A stretch of DNA of 64,000 nucleotides. It comes from an uncultured Alphaproteobacteria bacterium. Lineage in GTDB: Bacteria; Pseudomonadota; Alphaproteobacteria; RF32; CAG-239. Position numbers and translations under genes: made by a program. Positions within the stretch are counted from its first letter, which is position 1. Each line of letters opens with the position of its first letter. Shown piece by piece: positions 30,396 through 38,786 of the stretch. Location: assembly GCA_904501925.1 (NCBI GenBank), contig CAJGCO010000004.1, forward strand, positions 5,593 through 69,592. The letters run 5' to 3'. Below the pieces are notes generated by a model, which saw only the letters and a program-made list of their open reading frames with translations, was not told the DNA's origin and ran no database searches.

Positions 30396-30480
30396 TTTAA
30401 TTTTTGTAGCATTTTTAATAAAAATTAAACATTCTGTTTGTATACTGCACTCAACAATAGAATTATTGAGAGGTTTTGAT

Positions 30481-31230
30481 ATGAAAAAGTTATTAGCATC
30501 TATATTCATGCTTTTTGCGACACTTATTTGCTCACAAGCGATTGCGGCAACAGAAACTAACCAAGAAAAATTAAACAACGAGGCTCCTTCAACTCGCCCT
30601 GATGCTGTGATTTTTAAGGTTCATGAAGTAACACCTGTTATTGAAGATGGTATGGTTACAGGTTGTGATTTTACAGTAACTTTATATAATAGAACTTCTG
30701 TTAATTTTAGATCATTTACATTAAATCTTGATTGGAAAGATGTTGTTGATGAAACAATTAAATTTGATACATATATTTCAAACATTGTTAGCAAAGAAGA
30801 AGCTGAAATGTTTAAAAACATTGTAGCAAACGATAAAAAAGCATCAACACCTCTTAATGCCAAAGTTACTGTAAATGCGTTCGGCGCTGATAAACAAATT
30901 TCTGTTCGCTCTCACATTGATACTGAAAGATGTTATTTAATGCTAACTAATGCAAACTTTAGCGTTACACCTTGTGAAATGGTTAAAGTTGGAATTTCTA
31001 CTGGTGGTGGTAATACATCTGGAGAAAAAAGTAACTGCACAAATCTATTTGAGCTTGTAGATACATCAAATCCTGAATATTTTGGTCAATTTAAAAAAAT
31101 CTCTGCTACAGACGAGCAAGAACAAAATGTACAACAACAAAAAAGCGAATTATCTACGATTGATGAAATAATTGGCAAAATTGTTGAAAACATGGGAATG
31201 GCTGATAAATCATTAACAAACTCAAAATAG
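30481..31230 (+). CDS. hypothetical secreted protein (paralog of 31242-31988)
   Basis: Signal peptide MKKLLASIFMLFATLICSQAIA. The preferred start is the ATG at 30481. Shares a Cys-containing core with the next gene. Confidence 0.65.
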   Translation: MKKLLASIFMLFATLICSQAIAATETNQEKLNNEAPSTRPDAVIFKVHEVTPVIEDGMVTGCDFTVTLYNRTSVNFRSFTLNLDWKDVVDETIKFDTYISNIVSKEEAEMFKNIVANDKKASTPLNAKVTVNAFGADKQISVRSHIDTERCYLMLTNANFSVTPCEMVKVGISTGGGNTSGEKSNCTNLFELVDTSNPEYFGQFKKISATDEQEQNVQQQKSELSTIDEIIGKIVENMGMADKSLTNSK

Positions 31231-31241
31231 GAGAGATATAA

Positions 31242-31988
31242 ATGTTGCGTTGGTTGTTTTTGTTTTTTATTTTAATTAACGGATGTTGCACAAATGTGTA
31301 TGCGCAGTTGTTAGATGATGAAGAGGAACTCTTTGATACAACAGAAACAGCCGACATTCTTTCTATAGAAGATAAAGAAGCGAACACAAATAATAGTGGC
31401 GCTGAATTGGATAGCGAAGAGCTTTATAACGAAATGTTTAACGATTATAGTAGTGCTGTTTATGAAAACACCCCTGGTACTTTTGATGAACCGGCTGAAA
31501 AAATTGTAGATGCTCTTAGCAATGTTGATAAATTAGTAAAACAAAACGAGAAAAAAATTGAAAACCAAACAGAAGAAGAGATACCACCGCTTGAAGGCGA
31601 GTTAAAAATTGGTATTTCTAAAGGCAGTTTTGTATTCTTTAAGGATATTTTAGGAAGAACTAAGTGCTCTTTTGGTGTTACATTAAAGTCTACTTTAAAT
31701 AGAAGTATTAATAACATATCTTTAAGGCTTGAATATCCTGATAACAATCGCTTTGCTTTTATATTTAAAGACATAAAAGAAAACTCTGCTGACGAACACT
31801 TTATTACAACAGATGGTGATATTTGTTATTTTGTAGATGGTGTTCCTCATATAAATATTCATAAATGCAAAGTACGTAAAGAAAAATCTGATGTATGCGC
31901 AAAGTTAATGACATGGGATAATGACATTCGCTCACCAGACCCAACAAAACATCCTTATAGATCACTACTTAAACCTATTGAAGAATAA
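31242..31988 (+). CDS. hypothetical secreted protein or lipoprotein (paralog of 30481-31230)
   Basis: Signal sequence with Cys (FILINGCC), an acidic N-terminal region, and a core CSFGVTLKSTLNRSINNISLRLEY matching CDFTVTLYNRTSVNFRSFTLNLDW of the upstream gene. Confidence 0.65.
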   Translation: MLRWLFLFFILINGCCTNVYAQLLDDEEELFDTTETADILSIEDKEANTNNSGAELDSEELYNEMFNDYSSAVYENTPGTFDEPAEKIVDALSNVDKLVKQNEKKIENQTEEEIPPLEGELKIGISKGSFVFFKDILGRTKCSFGVTLKSTLNRSINNISLRLEYPDNNRFAFIFKDIKENSADEHFITTDGDICYFVDGVPHINIHKCKVRKEKSDVCAKLMTWDNDIRSPDPTKHPYRSLLKPIEE

Positions 31989-32007
31989 TCTTGTATTTTA
32001 ATTTTGA

Positions 32008-32037
32008 ACACACTCAGGCTGATGAGTGTGTTTTTTT
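32008..32037 (+). terminator. rho-independent terminator
   Basis: A 9-bp stem, acacactca (32008-32016) with tgagtgtgt (32023-32031), a 6-nt loop, then a T7 run. Confidence 0.75.
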
Positions 32038-32272
32038 AGAAATATTAAAAACTTGCAAAGCCATAAAAAATATGATATCATTGTTATGAAGTAGTATTTT
32101 TATGTGTAGTTTTGTGTTGTTATTATTTTTTTTAACAATCTTCATTTATTGAGTTTTAAGGTTCATCCTTGTTCCTCATATTTGATTGAAACATGCATTT
32201 AATATTACTAAATTTTATGTTCAACTAGGGACGCATTCAAAAGGGTGCTACCTCAAAAATTAATTTCAGGCT

Positions 32273-32593
32273 ATGGAGATTTTATTTTACTTTCTCATCT
32301 GCCTGGGCTCAGCCTGGGGGGTGACAAAACTTCTTATCCTTGCCAATGCGAGCGTAGGATTGAGTAGTTATCTATTCTTTCCTTGGCTGTGTGATTTCAT
32401 CAACAGCTTTGGAATAGAAGTAAGTACTCTTGTCTTTTGGGTGCTGTTAATTATATTTCTTGTTACAGGGATCCCCCTGAAAATAACAAGGAGTATAGTT
32501 CCCTTGATAGGCTACATTATCATTGCTATTATAGCACTGTTAGCCTTGTGGGCCACTTGGGGTGTTATTTCGCTTGCGATTAATTCACTCTAA
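32273..32593 (+). CDS. hypothetical small polytopic membrane protein (codon-usage outlier)
   Basis: 106 aa with 3-4 predicted TM segments. Rich in G/C-ending codons (CTG, GGC, GCC, GGG, GCG, ATC), unlike its neighbours. Bracketed by two strong terminators. Confidence 0.55.
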   Translation: MEILFYFLICLGSAWGVTKLLILANASVGLSSYLFFPWLCDFINSFGIEVSTLVFWVLLIIFLVTGIPLKITRSIVPLIGYIIIAIIALLALWATWGVISLAINSL

Positions 32594-32602
32594 TACTCAA
32601 AG

Positions 32603-32648
32603 AGAGTTGTTATTCTAGGTATAACCTAAATAACAACTCTTTTTTTTG
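32603..32648 (+). terminator. rho-independent terminator
   Basis: A perfect 12-bp stem, agagttgttatt (32603-32614) with aataacaactct (32629-32640), followed by a T7 run. Confidence 0.8.
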
Positions 32649-32726
32649 TTTTGATTAGTTGATTTTTTACAATTATATGTTAAAACCAGCATAATAGGTT
32701 TAATTTACAAAAAAACGAGGGTAACG

Positions 32727-33461
32727 ATGGAAAATGATGTTGCTGTAGAAGCTGTTAACCAATTGTCTATGTGGAGTATGGTTTGGTCATCAGACTTGAT
32801 TACAAAAGCTGTTATGATTGGGTTAATTGCTGCATCTGTTTGGTCTTGGGCTATTATTTTTGAAAAATTTAATACATTACGCCAAGTTAAGAGACTTTCT
32901 AAAAATTTTGAAGAAAGATTTTGGTCTGGTGGCTCTTTAGATAAGCTATATGATTCTATTGGTAATCCTCAAGACCCTATGTCTGCTATGTTTGTTGCTG
33001 CAATGAAAGAGTGGCGTAGAACAAATATTATGAAATCTAAGACAGATAGAGGGCTTAGAGGCGTTTCTCTGCAACAGCGAATCGAAAAATCTATGATGGT
33101 TTCAATGGATAAAGAAATTGATGAACTAGATAATAACCTAGGATTTTTAGCGTCTACTGGATCTGTTGCTCCACTTATTGGTCTATTTGGTACTGTTTGG
33201 GGGATTATTGATTGTTTTAATGCCATTGCTGTTACCCAAAGCAACTCTTTGACATCTATTGCTCCAGGTATTGCAGAAGCTTTATTTACAACAGCTTTCG
33301 GATTGATTGCTGCAATTCCAGCATATGTGGCTTATAATATTATTACATCAGATATTGATAGATATGCTAAAAAATTAGAAAACTTCTTAGCTGAATTTTC
33401 TAGTATATTATCAAGAGAAATTGATGATACTGCTATTAGAGCAGAAATGGCAGGAGAATAG
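32727..33461 (+). CDS. tolQ: Tol-Pal system protein TolQ (MotA/TolQ/ExbB proton channel)
   Basis: Three TM segments and the APLIGLFGTVWGI and IAPGIAEALFTTAFGL motifs. Followed by tolR and tolA. Confidence 0.9.
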   Translation: MENDVAVEAVNQLSMWSMVWSSDLITKAVMIGLIAASVWSWAIIFEKFNTLRQVKRLSKNFEERFWSGGSLDKLYDSIGNPQDPMSAMFVAAMKEWRRTNIMKSKTDRGLRGVSLQQRIEKSMMVSMDKEIDELDNNLGFLASTGSVAPLIGLFGTVWGIIDCFNAIAVTQSNSLTSIAPGIAEALFTTAFGLIAAIPAYVAYNIITSDIDRYAKKLENFLAEFSSILSREIDDTAIRAEMAGE

Positions 33462-33466
33462 AAATT

Positions 33467-33895
33467 ATGAGTGGTACAAATAGCCGTATTCAACGCAGGG
33501 GCAGTAGACGCAATGCAAATATCAACATGACAAATCTTATGGATGTTATGATGGTGTTATTGGTTGTATTTATGGTGGCTGCCCCTTTAATGACATCTGG
33601 TATTGCTCTTGATTTACCTAAAGTTGGTGGAGGCACTCTTAATGGTAAAGAAACATCTTTAAATATTAGTGTTGATAAAGATGGTTTGTATTATATCGGT
33701 CAAAGTGTTATTGAGCCAGATACAGTAATTGATAAAATTAAAGCAATTAAAGGAGAAAACAAAGATATATCTATTACGATTTCTGGTGATACTGCTTCTC
33801 AATATGGTAGTGTTATTGGACTAATGGCTATATTAAAAGAGGCTGGTTTTAGCAAAGTTGGGCTTAAAACCGAAGCAAAACGTAACCAAAAATAG
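33467..33895 (+). CDS. tolR: Tol-Pal system protein TolR (ExbD/TolR family)
   Basis: INMTNLMDVMMVLLVVFMVAAPL...LDLP signature. Confidence 0.88.
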   Translation: MSGTNSRIQRRGSRRNANINMTNLMDVMMVLLVVFMVAAPLMTSGIALDLPKVGGGTLNGKETSLNISVDKDGLYYIGQSVIEPDTVIDKIKAIKGENKDISITISGDTASQYGSVIGLMAILKEAGFSKVGLKTEAKRNQK

Positions 33896-33906
33896 GAAGC
33901 GTTCTT

Positions 33907-34920
33907 ATGGATAAAAGATATGTCTACAGATCAATAGTTTTCCATATAGCAATATTGTTGCTATGTGTTGTAGATATATCTTTTTTCAATAAAACGCCTA
34001 ATATTGACGAACAACCTCCTATTATTGTAAACCTTGATGATGTGATAATTTCTGATACGACAAATATACCAGAAAAGGCTGAGCTCGGAGAAGAAAGAAA
34101 AGTTGCAACAAGAAAAGAAAGACCTAATCAGGAAATAGCACAGAAAAAAACAGAATCCAAACCTAAAACAGAAGAGGTAAAAAAAGAGGAACCAAAGCAG
34201 GAGGAGATTTTAGATATTAAATCCCCTGCCCTTATTGAGGTTCCAGAAGAAAAAAATGAAACAAAAGAAGAGCCTAAAAAAGAATCTGAAGAACCTAAGA
34301 AGGAAAATAAAAAACCAGCACCTATCCCTCAAAGAAAACCCGAGGTAAAGAAGGAGAAAAAGGCTGAACCAAAGAAAAAAACTCCTACTAAACCCAAAAA
34401 TGTTGATAATAATAAAAAAACAAATAAACCAACTAAAACTGCAAACCCTCTTGCAAGTTTAATGAATTCTGTTGACGACTTACAAAAACAAATTGGCGAA
34501 AAAGATGCGTTAGCAGTTATTCCAAAGAATGAGCCTGTAAATAATCTTGGTATTGAAGGAGGAAACTCTAAAGGCTCATATTTTAGCGAGTTATCTGTTT
34601 CTGGAATAGATTTTGTAAAATCTAAAATTCAAGAATCTTGGAAAACCATTGTTGGTGGTAAGGATGATAGAAATATTGAAGTTATTATTAGTGTTAAACT
34701 CACTAACGAAGGTTTGATTGAAAGCGTGAAGATTAAAGATATGTCTAGATATCGCTCTGACACATACTTCCAAGCGTTGGCTGATAGTGCTGAGAGAGCT
34801 ATTTATATTGCTCAAGATGTACATGGTGTGTTTAAGGTATTAGCAAACCAAAATGGCTCAAGCTATAATGATTGGAAAGAAATTCACTTCACATTTACGC
34901 CTCTAGGTATAATTAAATAA
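33907..34920 (+). CDS. tolA: TolA-like cell envelope integrity protein
   Basis: N-terminal TM anchor, a long K/E/P-rich domain II and a small C-terminal globular domain. Positioned after tolQR. Confidence 0.72.
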   Translation: MDKRYVYRSIVFHIAILLLCVVDISFFNKTPNIDEQPPIIVNLDDVIISDTTNIPEKAELGEERKVATRKERPNQEIAQKKTESKPKTEEVKKEEPKQEEILDIKSPALIEVPEEKNETKEEPKKESEEPKKENKKPAPIPQRKPEVKKEKKAEPKKKTPTKPKNVDNNKKTNKPTKTANPLASLMNSVDDLQKQIGEKDALAVIPKNEPVNNLGIEGGNSKGSYFSELSVSGIDFVKSKIQESWKTIVGGKDDRNIEVIISVKLTNEGLIESVKIKDMSRYRSDTYFQALADSAERAIYIAQDVHGVFKVLANQNGSSYNDWKEIHFTFTPLGIIK

Positions 34921-34948
34921 ATAAAGCCTAGGAAAACCTAGGCTTTAT
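34921..34948. terminator. bidirectional hairpin terminator between tolA and the convergent small ORF
   Basis: A 12-bp perfect stem, ataaagcctagg / cctaggctttat, with loop aaaa. Both flanks are A/T-rich. Confidence 0.65.
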
Positions 34949-34971
34949 TTATGCTTTCGCACTTTACTTAT

Positions 34972-35223
34972 CTATCTATTTTTTTGATATCTCATATCGA
35001 TAGATAGGGTTGACAACTCTCCAAACTGGAGACTATTGAACTCCATTTCTGGAAACTCCTTGAGGTAGACTTCCGTCTTAAACGGGTACACAATGACTTT
35101 TGTCATGTTGTAGACCTTGCCCTTTTTTAGCACACTAGCATTAGGGAAATAGACATTTTCTTCCTCTTCTCTTACACACATAACTGGACGCGGTGACGCG
35201 TCATGAATGTCTAGACTTTTCAT
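34972..35223 (-). CDS. hypothetical 83-aa protein (codon-usage outlier)
   Basis: Isolated ORF enriched in G/C-ending codons (GTC, TAC, AAG, CTC, GAG, CCG). About 40% G+C by hand count. No family recognised. Confidence 0.5.
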   Translation of the reverse strand: MKSLDIHDASPRPVMCVREEEENVYFPNASVLKKGKVYNMTKVIVYPFKTEVYLKEFPEMEFNSLQFGELSTLSIDMRYQKNR

Positions 35224-35385
35224 TTTTTTCTAAATTTTAATTAACAATATTTTATGGACATCATTAAAGTTATATATATTAAATTAAGAGCTTAAATTTA
35301 ATTCAAACAATAAACCACGAATAATACCCATAAACTTTAACTATGTGGGGAATAGTATCATGTTTTTATGCATCCGTCAATAGTT

Positions 35386-35997
35386 TTATATATTCAATCT
35401 ATATCCACTATTTTCGGTTATAATTATTTGAGAACCATTGTCTTTTTCAACTTTTTGACGAAGACGATAAATATGAGTTTCAACTGTATGGGTGGTTACA
35501 TCTGTGTTATACTCCCATACATTTTCTAACAACTCGTCTTTGCTAACATTTTTTTGAGAATTGTTGTATAAATATTTTAATATAAGCACCTCTTTTTCGG
35601 TTAATTTAACCGTTTGATTATTTCTGGAAGAGTATATTTCTTTTTTTACAGGATATAAGCTATACTCTTGAAAAGAAATGCATTCTTTACGACGAACTTT
35701 GGGTAATAAATTTTGATTTTTAATATCTGTTAAAAAAGAAGCTAAAGAGAAAGGTTTTTTTATAACAACATCTGCTATATCTGAAACATGTATTTTTTGA
35801 GAAAATAAAACTAATGATGCTGATTTATTTTGAGCAAAAATATTTTTTAATAAACTTTCATCTTCATCAATAAAAAAAACATCGCATTCATTATCTATAC
35901 TTGATACAACTTCTATATCTTCATTGTTTTTGATTAATTGTTGGGACAAATCATCTAAAAATGTTTGATTGCTGGATAATATGCATATTTTTTTCAT
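35386..35997 (-). CDS. OmpR/PhoB-type winged-helix transcriptional regulator with an atypical receiver domain
   Basis: C-terminal trans_reg_C (LTEKEVLILKYL...THTVETHIYRLRQKV...GYRL). The receiver keeps FFIDED, S and KPF but lacks the N-terminal acidic pair (ILSSNQ). Confidence 0.8.
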   Translation of the reverse strand: MKKICILSSNQTFLDDLSQQLIKNNEDIEVVSSIDNECDVFFIDEDESLLKNIFAQNKSASLVLFSQKIHVSDIADVVIKKPFSLASFLTDIKNQNLLPKVRRKECISFQEYSLYPVKKEIYSSRNNQTVKLTEKEVLILKYLYNNSQKNVSKDELLENVWEYNTDVTTHTVETHIYRLRQKVEKDNGSQIIITENSGYRLNI

Positions 35998-37082
35998 AAA
36001 CTTAACTCCAATCCTAAAATGAAAGCATTGCCTTTTGTTGTTTTGTTATCTATGGATTTTTGATGAGCAACGGTTAACGAGAATGAGGTGTTTTTATTAT
36101 ACTGAAAACTATTAGAAAAACTTATGATTTTATCTGAATTGTTAAAATCATCTGATTTTGATGAAAAATAACTAACTCCTGTTGTAAACGGACCTATTTC
36201 ATAACTTAAACCTAAGTTATAAGCCGTGCCATTTCTATATCCATCATATAAAGCTATTTGGTCAACAGCATATTTATTATCTTTATTTGTTTTTTTATAA
36301 GATGCACCTATTGTCCATCCTTTTCTATAAACATTAATACCTGCTGATAATTCCTTATCTATTTCTTCAAAAACAGCATATCCTAAAGATGTTTCAACCT
36401 CATATCCTAAAACTTTCCAGAATCCATTTACACCAAAAACATATGCAGAATTATCTTTATATGGTGAGTTTTTTGCAACTAACCCATTTTGCGCATACAC
36501 TTGAGGTATATAAGTAAACCCAATTTTTATCCCTTTATATTCAGGGGTTATATAATTTACTTTTAACGATGAACCATCGGTATTTATATATGTTGAATTT
36601 AAGGTTTTATATATCATTTTAGAATCTTTTTTGTACCAATTAGGATTGGTTAGAAAGTTTGATATATAACTATTATTAACACTATAACTTCCTATGCGAG
36701 GAGCACCAACAGAAAAATTATATGCAACATTATAATCTTGTCCAACGATTATATCTCCAAATGGAGCTTCAAACAAAGCAAAAAACTCCTCACCCCAAAC
36801 ACCTTGATTATAGTTTTCTATTTCTTTAGCTGTGTCTGCCATTATATAGCCAATTAAAGAAGCTTTATAAGAAGAATTTATATTATATGTTATTCTTGAA
36901 TAAACATCTAAAGATGAGTTAAAGTTGTTGTTTTTATATATTCTTGGCGATGGTTTAGTATAATGTGTGTATCCATAGTAATTATTAAGGTTAAGAGATA
37001 AATCTGTATCAAAACCTTTAGCCTCTGCTGCGTAAGATATTAAAACGAGCATTATTGTTAAAAGTGTTTTCTGCATAAACAA
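35994..37082 (-). CDS. outer-membrane porin (general Gram-negative porin-like beta-barrel)
   Basis: Signal peptide ...SYAAEA, repeated Y/G/N/S beta-strand pattern, 362 aa. The stop overlaps the regulator start (ATGA). Confidence 0.7.
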   Translation of the reverse strand: MFMQKTLLTIMLVLISYAAEAKGFDTDLSLNLNNYYGYTHYTKPSPRIYKNNNFNSSLDVYSRITYNINSSYKASLIGYIMADTAKEIENYNQGVWGEEFFALFEAPFGDIIVGQDYNVAYNFSVGAPRIGSYSVNNSYISNFLTNPNWYKKDSKMIYKTLNSTYINTDGSSLKVNYITPEYKGIKIGFTYIPQVYAQNGLVAKNSPYKDNSAYVFGVNGFWKVLGYEVETSLGYAVFEEIDKELSAGINVYRKGWTIGASYKKTNKDNKYAVDQIALYDGYRNGTAYNLGLSYEIGPFTTGVSYFSSKSDDFNNSDKIISFSNSFQYNKNTSFSLTVAHQKSIDNKTTKGNAFILGLELSL

Positions 37083-37252
37083 ACCTTAAAAATTATTCCA
37101 TATAAAATGTAATATAAAACTATCTTTTTGTCTTAACAAGACTTATATTGTTTATAACCTAAAAAAATATGGATAAATAAATAAGTTTATGTTTTAAAGT
37201 GGTTTTATATTTTGTAATATTAATTAAAAATCAACATTTGGAGTAAAGAAAA

Positions 37253-38782
37253 ATGCAAAAACCGGTTATGCTTTTAATTTTAGATGGTTGGGGATATCGC
37301 GAACCAATTACAGCAGATAATGCTATTGAAAATGGAAACACAAAAAATTGGCACTATCTTGTTGATAATTGCCCACATTGTTTAATTGAAACATCTGGAC
37401 TTGACGTTGGTTTACCTGAAGGACAAATGGGAAACTCTGAGGTTGGCCATACAAACTTGGGCGCAGGTAGAGTTGTTATGCAAGATCTTCCTAGAATTGA
37501 TTTAGCCATAAAAGATGGCTCAATAGAAGCGAATCCAATTCTTGCTGAAATGATTAGCAAACTAAAAGAAACTAAAGGTTGTTGTCATTTGATGGGATTG
37601 ATGTCTCCAGGTGGTGTTCACTCTCATCAAAAACATATTGAAGCTTTGTGCAAAATTTTAAACAAGAATGGTATTGATGTTAATGTTCATGCATTTTTAG
37701 ATGGAAGAGATACACCTCCTCAATCTGCAAAAGAATATTTAGCTGAGTTTGAAGAAAACATTAAAGAACTTAACAACGTTAAAGTTGCTACGATTTCTGG
37801 TCGTTTTTATGCTATGGATAGAGATAAACGATGGGATAGAGTTGAACTTGCTTATAATAACATTGTATCTGCAACTGGTGAAAGAATTGCAACATCTGCA
37901 GAAGCTATTGCAAAAAGCTATGAAAATGGTGTTACTGATGAATTTGTTGTACCTGTTGTTATTGGTGATTATGCTGGTGCAAATGATGGAGATGCTGTTT
38001 TGATGATTAACTTTAGAGCTGATAGAGCAAGAGAAATTCTTTATGCTCTTGGTGATAAAGAATTTAATGGCTTTGAAAGAAATAAAGTTGTTAATTTTGC
38101 TGATTTGGTTGGAATGAGCGAATATTCCGTAGACCACAATCGTTTTATGAAAACTTTATTTGGCCCAGAAGCTTTAACAAATATTTTTGGTGAAGTTGTT
38201 GCAAATAATGGATTAACACAACTTCGTATTGCTGAAACAGAAAAATACGCTCACGTTACATTCTTCTTCAATGGTGGCGAAGAAAAAGAATTTAAAGGCG
38301 AAGAAAGAATCCTTATCAATAGCCCTAAAGTTGCAACTTATGACTTAAAACCTGAAATGAGTGTTTATGAAGTTACTGAAGCATTAACAGATGTTATAAA
38401 AAAACAAAAACATGATGTGATTATTTGTAACTTTGCAAATGGTGATATGGTTGGTCACACAGGAATTATGGATGCCACATTAAAAGCTGTTGAAGCTGTT
38501 GATATTTGTTTAGGCAAGGTTATGGACGCAATTAAAGAAGTTGATGGAGTGTTGTTGGTTACTGCCGACCATGGTAATGCAGAAAAAATGATTGAAGAAA
38601 CTACAGGAGAACCTTATACTGCACATACTATCGGTAAAGTTAGAGCTGTTTTATACAATGCTGACGAATCTATCAAAGCACTAAATGATGGAAGATTAGC
38701 AGATATTGCTCCAACATTACTTGATTTAATGAATATTGAAAAACCTGTAGAAATGACTGGTGTTTCTTTGATACAAAAGTAA
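37253..38782 (+). CDS. gpmI: 2,3-bisphosphoglycerate-independent phosphoglycerate mutase
   Basis: LLILDGWG, MGNSEVGHTNLGAGR and ADHGNAE motifs. Confidence 0.93.
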   Translation: MQKPVMLLILDGWGYREPITADNAIENGNTKNWHYLVDNCPHCLIETSGLDVGLPEGQMGNSEVGHTNLGAGRVVMQDLPRIDLAIKDGSIEANPILAEMISKLKETKGCCHLMGLMSPGGVHSHQKHIEALCKILNKNGIDVNVHAFLDGRDTPPQSAKEYLAEFEENIKELNNVKVATISGRFYAMDRDKRWDRVELAYNNIVSATGERIATSAEAIAKSYENGVTDEFVVPVVIGDYAGANDGDAVLMINFRADRAREILYALGDKEFNGFERNKVVNFADLVGMSEYSVDHNRFMKTLFGPEALTNIFGEVVANNGLTQLRIAETEKYAHVTFFFNGGEEKEFKGEERILINSPKVATYDLKPEMSVYEVTEALTDVIKKQKHDVIICNFANGDMVGHTGIMDATLKAVEAVDICLGKVMDAIKEVDGVLLVTADHGNAEKMIEETTGEPYTAHTIGKVRAVLYNADESIKALNDGRLADIAPTLLDLMNIEKPVEMTGVSLIQK

Positions 38783-38786
38783 TAAA

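Noticed and set aside
32041-32272. Possible small RNA gene (tRNA, tmRNA, SRP or 6S) in the 230-bp gap after the first terminator.
   Set aside because: I found no T-loop GTTCGAATC-type motif, no tmRNA or SRP conserved blocks and no convincing extended pairing. Only a TTGCAA-N17-TATCAT promoter-like match is present (32053-32081), and that is expected by chance in A/T-rich DNA.
37739-38137. Antisense ORFs nested in well-supported genes. Examples are 37739-38137 in gpmI, 43370-43819 in batB, 46074-46460 in batD, 49017-49388 in mlaE, 13738-14103 in the RND pump, and 1855-2461 opposite virD4.
   Set aside because: Each is fully contained within, and opposite to, a gene with strong family motifs. 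Their translations are low-complexity or compositionally odd, as expected from codon-bias shadow frames.
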